Shown here: in pieces, positions 13,201 through 27,778 of the stretch
How positions within the stretch are numbered: the stretch's first letter is position 1
Layout of the letters: each line of letters starts with the position of its first letter
Source of the DNA: Auanema rhodensis
Lineage: Eukaryota > Animalia > Nematoda
Length of the DNA: 64,000 nt
Direction: 5' to 3'
Assembly (NCBI GenBank): GCA_964057225.1
Contig: OZ059895.1
Coordinates: 11,284,001 to 11,348,000 of the forward strand
Notes under the pieces: model-generated
The model's database searches: none
Told to the model about the DNA's origin: nothing
The model's input: only the letters and a program-made list of their open reading frames with translations
Made by a program: the position numbers and the translations under genes

Positions 13201-16200
13201 CTGTTTCTATCTATTTCCTATCAAAAGCAACTTTGTTCAAACACTATACAACTGTGAAACCTTTTTTAATTTCTTGTATTTGGAGCTCATAAGATTTGAT
13301 ATCATCGAGGGATCCAGATAGAACGTGGAAAATTACATAACTAACATGAAATTGGGAAAAAATTATAACGAGGATAAGTATGTGAAACATTGAATATCAG
13401 ATTTTTACGCTTAGGACCATACCACGTTAAAAGTACGCCATGCCGCTGATTTTCGATTTTAACTCTTTTGTAACAAATGTTTTCAATTTTCAAGCAGTTT
13501 TACTTAGATAGCTCAACCCAAGGCAGCAATTTATCTTCAATATTATTTCTATCTTACAGTTATAAACCAATAGTTAATGAACCATCATCTTACTTTTACT
13601 GTTTCTATCTATTTCCTATCGAAAGCAACTTTGTTCAAAAACTATACAACTGTGAAACCTTTTTTAATTTCTTGTATTTGGAGCTCATAAGATTTGATAT
13701 CATCGAGGGATCCAGATAGAACGTGGAAAATTACATAACTAACATGAAATTGAAAAAAACTATAACGAGGATAAGTATGTTAATCATTGAATATCAGATA
13801 TTTTCGCTTAGGACCATACCACGTTGAAAGTACGCCATGCCGCTGATTTTCAATTTTAACTCTTTTGTAACAAATGTTTTCAATTTTCAAGCAGTTTTAC
13901 TCAGATAGCCTAACCCAAGGCAGCAAATTATCTTCAATATTATTTCTATCTTACAGTTATAAACCAATAGTTAATGAACCATCATCTTACCTTTACTGTT
14001 TCTATCTATTTCCTATCGAAAGCAACTTTGTTCAAAAACTATACAACTGTGAAACCTTTTTTAATTTCTTGTATTTGGAGCTCTTAAGATTTGATATCAT
14101 TGAGGAATCCAGATAGAACGTGGAAAATTACGTAACTAACATGAAATTGGAAAAAACTATAACGAGGATAAATATGCGAAACATTGAATATCAGATATTT
14201 TTGCTTACAACTATACCACGTTGTAAGTACGCCATGCCGCTGATTTTCAATTTTAACTCTTTTGTAACAAATGTTTTCAATTTTCAAGCAGATTTACTTA
14301 GATAGCTCAACCCAAGGCAGCAATTTATCTTCAATATTATTTCTATCTTACAGTTATAAACCAATAGTTAATGAACCATCATCTTACCTTTACTGTTTCT
14401 ATCTATTTCCTATCGAAAGCAACTTTGTTCAAACACTATACAACTGTGAAACCTTTTTTAATTTCTTGTATTTGGAGCTCAAAAGATTTGATATCATTGA
14501 GGGATCCAGATAGAACGTGCAAAATTACGTAACTAACATGAAATTGGAAAAAACTATAACGAGGATAAGTATGTGAATCATTGAATATCAGATATTTTCG
14601 CTTAGGACCATACCACGTTGAAAGTACGCCATGCCGCTGATTTTCAATTTTAACTCTTTTGTAACAATTGTTTTCAATTTTCAAGCAGTTTTACTCAGAT
14701 AGCTTAACCCAAGGCAGCAAATTATCTTCAATATTATTTCTATCTTACAGTTATAAACCAATAGTTAATGAACCATCATCTTACCTTTACTGTTTCTATC
14801 TATTTCCTATCGAAAGCAACTTTGTTCAAACACTATACAACTGTGAAACCTTTTTTAATTTCTTGTATTTGGAGCTCATAAGATTTGATATCATCGAGGG
14901 ATCCAGATAGAACGTGGAAAATTACATAACTAACATGAAATTGGAAAAAACTATAACGAGGATAAGTATGTGAATCATTGAATATCAGATATTTTCGCTT
15001 AGGACCATACCACGTTGAAAGTACGCCATGCCGCTGATTTTCAATTTTAACTCTTTTGTAACAAATGTTTTCAATTTTCAAGCAGTTTTACTCAGATAGC
15101 TTAACCCAAGGCAGCAAATTATCTTTAATATTATTTCTATCTTACAGTTATAAACCAATAGTTAATGAACCATCATCTTACCTTTACTGTTTCTATCTAT
15201 TTCCTATCAAAAGCAACTTTGTTCAAACACTATACAACTGTGAAACCTTTTTTAATTTCTTGTATTTGGAGCTCATAAGATTTGATATCATCGAGGGATC
15301 CAGATAGAACGTGGAAAATTACATAACTAACATGAAATTGGGAAAAAATTATAACGAGGATAAGTATGTGAAACATTGAATATCAGATTTTTACGCTTAG
15401 GACCATACCACGTTAAAAGTACGCCATGCCGCTGATTTTCGATTTTAACTCTTTTGTAACAAATGTTTTCAATTTTCAAGCAGTTTTACTTAGATAGCTC
15501 AACCCAAGGCAGCAATTTATCTTCAATATTATTTCTATCTTACAGTTATAAACCAATAGTTAATGAACCATCATCTTACTTTTACTGTTTCTATCTATTT
15601 CCTATCGAAAGCAACTTTGTTCAAAAACTATACAACTGTGAAACCTTTTTTAATTTCTTGTATTTGGAGCTCATAAGATTTGATATCATCGAGGGATCCA
15701 GATAGAACGTGGAAAATTACATAACTAACATGAAATTGAAAAAAACTATAACGAGGATAAGTATGTTAATCATTGAATATCAGATATTTTCGCTTAGGAC
15801 CATACCACGTTGAAAGTACGCCATGCCGCTGATTTTCAGTTTTAACACTTTTGTAACAAATGTTTTCAATTTTCAAGCAGTTTTACTCAGATAGCCTAAC
15901 CCAAGGCAGCAAATTATCTTCAATATTATTTCTATCTTACAGTTATAAACCAATAGTTAATGAACCATCATCTTACCTTTACTGTTTCTATCTATTTCCT
16001 ATCGAAAGCAACTTTGTTCAAAAACTATACAACTGTGAAACCTTTTTTAATTTCTTGTATTTGGAGCTCTTAAGATTTGATATCATTGAGGAATCCAGAT
16101 AGAACGTGGAAAATTACGTAACTAACATGAAATTGGAAAAAACTATAACGAGGATAAATATGCGAAACATTGAATATCAGATATTTTTGCTTACAACTAT

Positions 16201-19037
16201 ACCACGTTGTAAGTACGCCATGCCGCTGATTTTCAATTTTAACTCTTTTGTAACAAATGTTTTCAATTTTCAAGCAGCTTTACTTAGATAGCTCAACCCA
16301 AGGCAGCAATTTATCTTCAATATTATTTCTATCTTACAGTTATAAACCAATAGTTAATGAACCATCATCTTACCTTTACTGTTTCTATCTATTTCCTATC
16401 GAAAGCAACTTTGTTCAAACACTATACAACTGTGAAACCTTTTTTAATTTCTTGTATTTGGAGCTCATAAGATTTGATATCATTGAGGGATCCAGATAGA
16501 ACGTGGAAAATTACGTAACAAACATGAAATTGGAAAAAACTATAACGAGGATAAGTATGTGAATCATTGAATATCAAATATTTTCGCTTAGGACCATACC
16601 ACGTTGAAAGTACGCCATGCCGCTGATTTTCAATTTTAACTCTTTTGTAACAAATGTTTTCAATTTTCAAGCAGTTTTACTCAGATAGCTTAACCTTAGG
16701 CAGCAAATTATCTTCAATATTATTTCTATCTTACAGTTATAAACTAATAGTTAATGAACCATCATCTTACCTTTACTGTTTCTATCTATTTTCTATCAGA
16801 ACAAATATTGTTCAAACACTATACGACTGTGAAACCTTTTTTAATTTCTTGTATTTGGAGCTCAAAAGATTTGATATCATTGAGGGATCCAGATAGAACG
16901 TGCAAAATTACGTAACTAACATGAAATTGGAAAAAACTATAACGAGGATAAGTATGTGAATCATTGAATATCAGATATTTTCGCTTAGGACCATACCACG
17001 TTGAAAGTACGCCATGCCGCTGATTTTCAATTTTAACTCTTTTGTAACAATTGTTTTCAATTTTCAAGCAGTTTTACTCAGATAGCTTAACCCAAGGCAG
17101 CAAATTATCTTCAATATTATTTCTATCTTACAGTTATAAACCAATAGTTAATGAACCATCATCTTACCTTTACTGTTTCTATCTATTTCCTATCGAAAGC
17201 AACTTTGTTCAAACACTATACAACTGTGAAACCTTTTTTAATTTCTTGTATTTGGAGCTCATAAGATTTGATATCATCGAGGGATCCAGATAGAACGTGG
17301 AAAATTACATAACTAACATGAAATTGGAAAAAACTATAACGAGGATAAGTATGTGAATCATTGAATATCAGATATTTTCGCTTAGGACCATACCACGTTG
17401 AAAGTACGCCATGCCGCTGATTTTCAATTTTAACTCTTTTGTAACAAATGTTTTCAATTTTCAAGCAGTTTTACTCAGATAGCTTAACCCAAGGCAGCAA
17501 ATTATCTTTAATATTATTTCTATCTTACAGTTATAAACCAATAGTTAATGAACCATCATCTTACCTTTACTGTTTCTATCTATTTCCTATCAAAAGCAAC
17601 TTTGTTCAAACACTATACAACTGTGAAACCTTTTTTAATTTCTTGTATTTGGAGCTCATAAGATTTGATATCATCGAGGGATCCAGATAGAACGTGGAAA
17701 ATTACATAACTAACATGAAATTGGGAAAAAATTATAACGAGGATAAGTATGTGAAACATTGAATATCAGATTTTTACGCTTAGGACCATACCACGTTAAA
17801 AGTACGCCATGCCGCTGATTTTCGATTTTAACTCTTTTGTAACAAATGTTTTCAATTTTCAAGCAGTTTTACTTAGATAGCTCAACCCAAGGCAGCAATT
17901 TATCTTCAATATTATTTCTATCTTACAGTTATAAACCAATAGTTAATGAACCATCATCTTACTTTTACTGTTTCTATCTATTTCCTATCGAAAGCAACTT
18001 TGTTCAAAAACTATACAACTGTGAAACCTTTTTTAATTTCTTGTATTTGGAGCTCATAAGATTTGATATCATCGAGGGATCCAGATAGAACGTGGAAAAT
18101 TACATAACTAACATGAAATTGAAAAAAACTATAACGAGGATAAGTATGTTAATCATTGAATATCAGATATTTTCGCTTAGGACCATACCACGTTGAAAGT
18201 ACGCCATGCCGCTGATTTTCAGTTTTAACACTTTTGTAACAAATGTTTTCAATTTTCAAGCAGTTTTACTCAGATAGCCTAACCCAAGGCAGCAAATTAT
18301 CTTCAATATTATTTCTATCTTACAGTTATAAACCAATAGTTAATGAACCATCATCTTACCTTTACTGTTTCTATCTATTTCCTATCGAAAGCAACTTTGT
18401 TCAAAAACTATACAACTGTGAAACCTTTTTTAATTTCTTGTATTTGGAGCTCTTAAGATTTGATATCATTGAGGAATCCAGATAGAACGTGGAAAATTAC
18501 GTAACTAACATGAAATTGGAAAAAACTATAACGAGGATAAATATGCGAAACATTGAATATCAGATATTTTTGCTTACAACTATACCACGTTGTAAGTACG
18601 CCATGCCGCTGATTTTCAATTTTAACTCTTTTGTAACAAATGTTTTCAATTTTCAAGCAGCTTTACTTAGATAGCTCAACCCAAGGCAGCAATTTATCTT
18701 CAATATTATTTCTATCTTACAGTTATAAACCAATAGTTAATGAACCATCATCTTACCTTTACTGTTTCTATCTATTTCCTATCGAAAGCAACTTTGTTCA
18801 AACACTATACAACTGTGAAACCTTTTTTAATTTCTTGTATTTGGAGCTCATAAGATTTGATATCATCGAGGGATCCAGATAGAACGTGGAAAATTACATA
18901 ACTAACATGAAATTGGGAAAAAATTATAACGAGGATAAGTATGTAAATCATTGAATATCAGATATTTTTGCTTACAACTATACCACGTTGAAAGTACGCC
19001 ATGCCGCTGATTTTCAATTTTAACTCTTTTGTAACAA
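9902..19037 (+). repeat. Higher-order repeat domain: 6-monomer unit with 8-mer and 5-mer variants
   Basis: The marker monomer (ctcttaag, gaggaatcc, gataaatatgcg) starts at 10697, 13874, 15860 and 18243. The periods are 3177, 1986 and 2383 bp, i.e. 8, 5 and 6 monomers. Confidence 0.92.
12682..13078 (+). repeat. Representative near-consensus 397-bp monomer (arbitrary phase); one SacI (gagctc), one EcoRV (gatatc) and one BamHI (ggatcc) site
   Basis: Read directly. About 125 of 397 bases are G+C by hand count of the consensus. The 397 vs 398 length difference lies mostly in ttggaaaaaactata vs ttgggaaaaaattata. Confidence 0.95.
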
Positions 19038-21817
19038 ATTTTTTCAATTTTCAAGCAGTTTTACTCAGATAGCTTAACCTTAGGCAGCAAATTATCTTCA
19101 ATATTATTTCTATCTTACAGTTATAAACCAATAGTTAATGAACCATCATCTTACCTTTACTGTTTCTATCTATTTCCTATCGAAAGCAACTTTGTTCAAA
19201 CACTATACAACTGTGAAACCTTTTTTAATTTCTTGTATTTGGAGCTCATAAGATTTGATATCATCGAGGGATCCAGATAGAACGTGGAAAATTACATAAC
19301 TAACATGAAATTGGAAAAAACTATAACGAGGATAATTATGTGAATCATTGAATATCAGATATTTTCGCTTAGGACCATACCACGTTGAAAGTACGCCATG
19401 CCGCTGATTTTCAATTTTAACTCTTTTGTAACAAATTTTTTCAATTTTCAAGCAGTTTTACTCAGATAGCTTAACCTTAGGCAGCAAATTATCTTCAATA
19501 TTATTTCTATCTTACAGTTATAAACCAATAGTTAATGAACCATCATCTTACCTTTACTGTTTCTATCTATTTTCTATCAGAACAAATATTGTTCAAACAC
19601 TATACGACTGTGAAACCTTTTTTAATTTCTTGTATTTGGAGCTCAAAAGATTTGATATCATTGAGGGATCCAGATAGAACGTGGAAAATTACGTAACTAA
19701 CATGAAATTGGAAAAAACTATAACGAGGATAAATATGCGAAACATTGAATATCAGATATTTTTGCTTACAACTATACCACGTTGTAAGTACGCCATGCCG
19801 CTGATTTTCAATTTTAACTCTTTTGTAACAAATGTTTTCAATTTTCAAGCAGCTTTACTTAGATAGCTCAACCCAAGGCAGCAATTTATCTTCAATATTA
19901 TTTCTATCTTACAGTTATAAACCAATAGTTAATGAACCATCATCTTACCTTTACTGTTTCTATCTATTTCCTATCGAAAGCAACTTTGTTCAAACACTAT
20001 ACAACTGTGAAACCTTTTTTAATTTCTTGTATTTGGAGCTCATAAGATTTGATATCATTGAGGGATCCAGATAGAACGTGGAAAATTACGTAACAAACAT
20101 GAAATTGGAAAAAACTATAACGAGGATAAGTATGTGAATCATTGAATATCAAATATTTTCGCTTAGGACCATACCACGTTGAAAGTACGCCATGCCGCTG
20201 ATTTTCAATTTTAACTCTTTTGTAACAAATGTTTTCAATTTTCAAGCAGTTTTACTCAGATAGCTTAACCTTAGGCAGCAAATTATCTTCAATATTATTT
20301 CTATCTTACAGTTATAAACCAATAGTTAATGAACCATCATCTTACCTTTACTGTTTCTATCTATTTTCTATCAGAACAAATATTGTTCAAACACTATACG
20401 ACTGTGAAACCTTTTTTAATTTCTTGTATTTGGAGCTCAAAAGATTTGATATCATTGAGGGATCCAGATAGAACGTGCAAAATTACGTAACTAACATGAA
20501 ATTGGAAAAAACTATAACGAAGATAAGTATGTGAATCATTGAATATCAGATATTTTCGCTTAGGACCATACCACGTTGAAAGTACGCCATGCCGCTGATT
20601 TTCAATTTTAACTCTTTTGTAACAATTGTTTTCAATTTTCAAGCAGTTTTACTCAGATAGCTTAACCCAAGGCAGCAAATTATCTTCAATATTATTTCTA
20701 TCTTACAGTTATAAACCAGTAGTTAATGAACCATCATCTTACCTTCACTGTTTCTATCTATTTCCTATCGAAAGCAACTTTGTTCAAAAACTATACAACT
20801 GTGAAACCTTTTTTAATTTCTTGTATTTGGAGCTCATAAGATTTGATATCATTGAGGGATCCAGATAGAACGTGGAAAATTACGTAACTAACATGAAATT
20901 GGAAAAAACTATAACGAGGATAAGTATGTGAATCATTGAATATCAGATATTTTCGCTTAGGACCATACCACGTTGAAAGTACGCCATGCCGCTGATTTTC
21001 AATTTTAACTCTTTTGTAACAAATGTTTTCAATTTTCAAGCAGTTTTACTCAGATAGCTTAACCCAAGGCAGCAAATTATCTTCAATATTATTTCTATCT
21101 TACAGTTATAAACCAATAGTTAATGAACCATCATCTTACCTTCACTGTTTCTATCTATTTCCTATCGAAAGCAACTTTGTTCAAAAACTATACAACTGTG
21201 AAACCTTTTTTAATTTCTTGTATTTGGAGCTCATAAGATTTGATATCATTGAGGGATCCAGATAGAACGTGGAAAATTACGTAACTAACATGAAATTGGA
21301 AAAAACTATAACGAGGATAAGTATGTGAATCATTGAATATCAGATATTTTCGCTTAGGACCATACCACGTTGAATGTACGCCATGCCGCAGATTTTCAAT
21401 TTTAACTCTTTTGTAACAAATGTTTCCAATTTGCAAGCAGTTTTACTCAGATAGCTTAACCCAAGGCAGCAAACTATCTTCAATAATATTTCTATCTTAC
21501 AGTTATAAACCAATAGTTAATGAACTATCATCTTACCTTTACTGTTTCTATCTATTTCCTATCAAAAGCAACTTTGTTCAAACACTATACAACTGTGAAA
21601 CCTTTTTTTATTTCTTGTATTTGGAGCTCATAAGATTTGATATCATCGAGGGATCCAGATAGAACGTGGAAAATTACATAACTAACATGAAATTGGGAAA
21701 AAATTATAACGAGGATAAGTATGTAAATCATTGAATATCAGATATTTTTGCTTACAACTATACCACGTTGTAAGTACGCCATGCCGCTGATTTTCAATTT
21801 TAACTCTTTTTTAACAA

Positions 21818-24800
21818 ATGTTTTCAATTTTCAAGCAGTTTTACTTAGATAGCTCAACCCAAGGCAGCAAATTATCTCCAATCTTATTTCTATCTTACAG
21901 ATATAAACCAGTAGTTAATGAACCATCATCTTACCTTTACTATTTCTATCTATTTCCTATCGAAACCAACTTTGTTCAAAAACTATACAACTGTGAAACT
22001 TTTTTTAATTTCTTGTATTTGGAGCTCATAAGATTTGATATCATTGAGGGATCCAGATAGAACATGGAAAATTACATAACTAACATGAAATTGGGAAAAA
22101 ATTAAAACGAGGATAAGAATGTAATTCATTGAATATCAGATATTTTCGCTTAGGACCATACCACGTTGAAAGTACGCCATGCCGCTGATTTTCAATTTTA
22201 ACTCTTTTGTAACGAATGTTTTCAATTTTCAAGCAGTTTTACTCAGATAGCTTAACCCAAGGCAGCAAATTATCTTCAATATTATTTCTATCTTACAGTT
22301 ATAAACGAATAGTTAATGACCATCATCTTACCTTTACTGTTTCTATCTATTTCCTATCGAAAGCAACTTTGTTCAAAAACTATACAACTGTGAAACCTTT
22401 CTTAATTTCTTGTATTTGGAGCTCATAAGATTTGATATCATCGAGGGATCCAGATAGAACGTTGAAAATTACAAAACTAACATGAAATTGGGGAAAAATT
22501 ATAACGAGGATAAGTATGCAAAACATTGAATATCAGATATTTTCGCTTAGGACCATACCACGTTGAAAGTACGCCATGCCGCTGATTTTCAATTTTAACT
22601 CTTCTGTAACAAATGTTTTCAATTTTCAAGCAGTTTTACTCAGATAGCTCAACCCAAGGCAGCAAATTATCTTCAATATTATTTCTATCTTACAGTTATA
22701 AACCAATAGTTAATGAACCATCATCTTACCTTTACTGTTTCTATCTATTTCCTATCAAAAGCAACTTTGTTCAAACACTATACAACTGTGAAACCTTTTT
22801 TAATTTCTTGTATTTGGAGCTCATAAGATTTGATATCATCGAGGGATCCAGATAGAACGTGGAAAATTACATAACTAACATGAAATTGGAAAAAACTATA
22901 ACGAGGATAAGTATGTGAATCATTGAATATCAGATATTTTTGCTTAGGACCATACCACGTTGAAAGTACGCCATGCCGCTGATTTTCAATTTTAACTCTT
23001 TTGTAACAAATGTTTTCAATTTTCAAGCAGTTTTACTCAGATAGCTTAACCCAAGGCAGCAAATTATCTTCAATATTATTTCTATCTTACAGTTATAAAC
23101 CAATAGTTAATGAACCATCATCTTACCTTTACTGTTTCTATCTATTTCCTATCGAAAGCAACTTTGTTCAAAAACTATACAACTGTGAAACCTTTTTTAA
23201 TTTCTTGTATTTGGAGCTCATAAGATTTGATATCATTGAGGGATCCAGATAGAACGTGGAAAATTACGTAACTAACATGAAATTGGAAAAAACTATAACG
23301 AGGATAAGTATGTGAATCATTGAATATCAGATATTTTCGCTTAGGACCATACCACGTTGAAAGTACGCCATGCCGCTGATTTTCAATTTTAACTTTTTTG
23401 TAACAAATGTTTTCAATTTTCAAGCAGTTTTACTCAGATAGCTTAACCCAAGGCAGCAAATTATCTTCAATATTATTTCTATCTTACAGTTATAAACGAA
23501 TAGTTAATGAACCATCATCTTTCCTTTACTGTTTCTATCTATTTCCTATCGAAAGCAACTTTGTTCAAACACTATACAACTGTGAAACCTTTTTTAATTT
23601 CTTGTATTTGGAGCTCATAAGATTTGATATCATTGAGGGATCCAGATAGAACGTGGAAAATTACGTAACTAACATGAAATTGGAAAAAAAAACAATAACG
23701 AGGATAAGTATGTGAATCATTGAATATCAAATATTTTCGCTTAGGACCATACCACGTTGAAAGTACGCCATGCCGCTGATTTTCAATTTTAACTCTTTTG
23801 TAACAAATGTTTTCAATTTTCAAGCAGTTTTACTCAGATAGCTTAACCCAAGGCAGCAAATTATCTTCAATATTATTTCTATCTTACAGTTATAAACCAA
23901 TAGTTAATGAACCATCATCTTACCTTTACTGTTTCTATCTATTTCCTATCGAAAGCAACTTTGTTCAAACACTATACAACTGTGAAACCTTTTTTAATTT
24001 CTTGTATTTGGAGCTCATAAGATTTGATATCATCGAGGGATCCAGATAGAACGTGGAAAATTACATAACTAACATGAAATTGGGAAAAAATTATAACGAG
24101 GATAAGTATGTAAATCATTGAATATCAGATATTTTTGCTTACAACTATACCACGTTGTAAGTACGCCATGCCGCTGATTTTCAATTTTAACTCTTTTTTA
24201 ACAAATGTTTTCAATTTTCAAGCAGTTTTACTTAGATAGCTCAACCCAAGGCAGCAAATTATCTTCAATCTTATTTCTATCTTACAGATATAAACCAGTA
24301 GTTAATGAACCATCATCTTACCTTAACTATTTCTATCTATTTCTTATCGAAACCAACTTTGTTCAAAAACTATACAACTGTGAAACCTTTTTTAATTTCT
24401 TGTATTTGGAGCTCATAAGTTTTGATATCATCGAGGGATCCAGATAGAACGTGGAAAATTACATAACTAACATGAAATTGGAAAAAACTATAACGAGGAT
24501 AAGTATGTGAATCATTGAATATCAAATATTTTCGCTTAGGACCATACCACGTTGAAAGTACGCCATGCCGCTGATTTTCAATTTTAACTCTTTTGTAACA
24601 AATGTTTTCAATTTTCAAGCAGTTTTACTCAGATAGCTTAACCCAAGGCAGCAAATTATCTTCAATATTATTTCTATCTTACAGTTATAAACCAATAGTT
24701 AATGAACCATCATCTTACCTTTACTATTTCTATCTATTTCCTATCGAAACCAACTTTGTTCAAAAACTATACAACTGTGAAACTTTTTTTAATTTCTTGT

Positions 24801-27778
24801 ATTTGGAGCTCATAAGATTTGATATCATTGAGGGATCCAGATAGAACATGGAAAATTACATAACTAACATGAAATTGGGAAAAAATTAAAACGAGGATAA
24901 GAATGTAATTCATTGAATATCAGATATTTTCGCTTAGGACCATACCACGTTGAAAGTACGCCATGCCGCTGATTTTCAATTTTAACTCTTTTGTAACGAA
25001 TGTTTTCAATTTTCAAGCAGTTTTACTCAGATAGCTTAACCCAAGGCAGCAAATTATCTTCAATATTATTTCTATCTTACAGTTATAAACGAATAGTTAA
25101 TGACCATCATCTTACCTTTACTGTTTCTATCTATTTCCTATCGAAAGCAACTTTGTTCAAAAACTATACAACTGTGAAACCTTTCTTAATTTCTTGTATT
25201 TGGAGCTCATAAGATTTGATATCATCGAGGGATCCAGATAGAACGTTGAAAATTACAAAACTAACATGAAATTGGGAAAAAATTATAACGAGGATAAGTA
25301 TGCAAAACATTGAATATCAGATATTTTCGCTTAGGACCATACCACGTTGAAAGTACGCCATGCCGCTGATTTTCAATTTTAACTCTTCTGTAACAAATGT
25401 TTTCAATTTTCAAGCAGTTTTACTCAGATAGCTTAACCCAAGGCAGCAAATTATCTTCAATATTATTTCTATCTTACAGTTATAAACCAATAGTTAATGA
25501 ACCATCATCTTACCTTTACTGTTTCTATCTATTTCCTATCAAAAGCAACTTTGTTCAAACACTATACAACTGTGAAACCTTTTTTAATTTCTTGTATTTG
25601 GAGCTCATAAGATTTGATATCATCGAGGGATCCAGATAGAACGTGGAAAATTACATAACTAACATGAAATTGGAAAAAACTATAACGAGGATAAGTATGT
25701 GAATCATTGAATATCAGATATTTTTGCTTAGGACCATACCACGTTGAAAGTACGCCATGCCGCTGATTTTCAATTTTAACTCTTTTGTAACAAATGTTTT
25801 CAATTTTCAAGCAGTTTTACTCAGATAGCTTAACCCAAGGCAGCAAATTATCTTCAATATTATTTCTATCTTACAGTTATAAACCAATAGTTAATGAACC
25901 ATCATCTTACCTTTACTGTTTCTATCTATTTCCTATCGAAAGCAACTTTGTTCAAAAACTATACAACTGTGAAACCTTTTTTAATTTCTTGTATTTGGAG
26001 CTCATAAGATTTGATATCATTGAGGGATCCAGATAGAACGTGGAAAATTACGTAACTAACATGAAATTGGAAAAAACTATAACGAGGATAAGTATGTGAA
26101 TCATTGAATATCAGATATTTTCGCTTAGGACCATACCACGTTGAAAGTACGCCATGCCGCTGATTTTCAATTTTAACTTTTTTGTAACAAATGTTTTCAA
26201 TTTTCAAGCAGTTTTACTCAGATAGCTTAACCCAAGGCAGCAAATTATCTTCAATATTATTTCTATCTTACAGTTATAAACGAATAGTTAATGAACCATC
26301 ATCTTTCCTTTACTGTTTCTATCTATTTCCTATCGAAAGCAACTTTGTTCAAACACTATACAACTGTGAAACCTTTTTTAATTTCTTGTATTTGGAGCTC
26401 ATAAGATTTGATATCATTGAGGGATCCAGATAGAACGTGGAAAATTACGTAACTAACATGAAATTGGAAAAAACTATAACGAGGATAAGTATGTGAATCA
26501 TTGAATATCAAATATTTTCGCTTAGGACCATACCACGTTGAAAGTACGCCATGCCGCTGATTTTCAATTTTAACTCTTTTGTAACAAATGTTTTCAATTT
26601 TCAAGCAGTTTTACTCAGATAGCTTAACCCAAGGCAGCAAATTATCTTCAATATTATTTCTATCTTACAGTTATAAACCAATAGTTAATGAACCATCATC
26701 TTACCTTTACTGTTTCTATCTATTTCCTATCAAAAGCAACTTTGTTCAAACACTATACAACTGTGAAACCTTTTTTAATTTCTTGTATTTGGAGCTCATA
26801 AGATTTGATATCATCGAGGGATCCAGATAGAACGTGGAAAATTACATAACTAACATGAAATTGGAAAAAACTATAACGAGGATAAGTATGTGAATCATTG
26901 AATATCAGATATTTTTGCTTAGGACCATACCACGTTGAAAGTACGCCATGCCGCTGATTTTCAATTTTAACTCTTTTGTAACAAATGTTTTCAATTTTCA
27001 AGCAGTTTTACTCAGATAGCTTAACCCAAGGCAGCAAATTATCTTCAATATTATTTCTATCTTACAGTTATAAACCAATAGTTAATGAACCATCATCTTA
27101 CCTTTACTGTTTCTATCTATTTCCTATCGAAAGCAACTTTGTTCAAAAACTATACAACTGTGAAACCTTTTTTAATTTCTTGTATTTGGAGCTCATAAGA
27201 TTTGATATCATTGAGGGATCCAGATAGAACGTGGAAAATTACGTAACTAACATGAAATTGGAAAAAACTATAACGAGGATAAGTATGTGAATCATTGAAT
27301 ATCAGATATTTTCGCTTAGGACCATACCACGTTGAAAGTACGCCATGCCGCTGATTTTCAATTTTAACTTTTTTGTAACAAATGTTTTCAATTTTCAAGC
27401 AGTTTTACTCAGATAGCTTAACCCAAGGCAGCAAATTATCTTCAATATTATTTCTATCTTACAGTTATAAACGAATAGTTAATGAACCATCATCTTTCCT
27501 TTACTGTTTCTATCTATTTCCTATCGAAAGCAACTTTGTTCAAACACTATACAACTGTGAAACCTTTTTTAATTTCTTGTATTTGGAGCTCATAAGATTT
27601 GATATCATTGAGGGATCCAGATAGAACGTGGAAAATTACGTAACTAACATGAAATTGGAAAAAACTATAACGAGGATAAGTATGTGAATCATTGAATATC
27701 AAATATTTTCGCTTAGGACCATACCACGTTGAAAGTACGCCATGCCGCTGATTTTCAATTTTAACTCTTTTGTAACAA
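21818..27778 (+). repeat. 7-monomer duplication (2784 bp) followed by a 3-monomer duplication (1191 bp)
   Basis: The 1-bp-deletion allele aatgaccatc with cctttcttaa occurs in monomers 22216 and 25000. Monomers 25397/25794/26191 match 26588/26985/27382. Confidence 0.88.
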
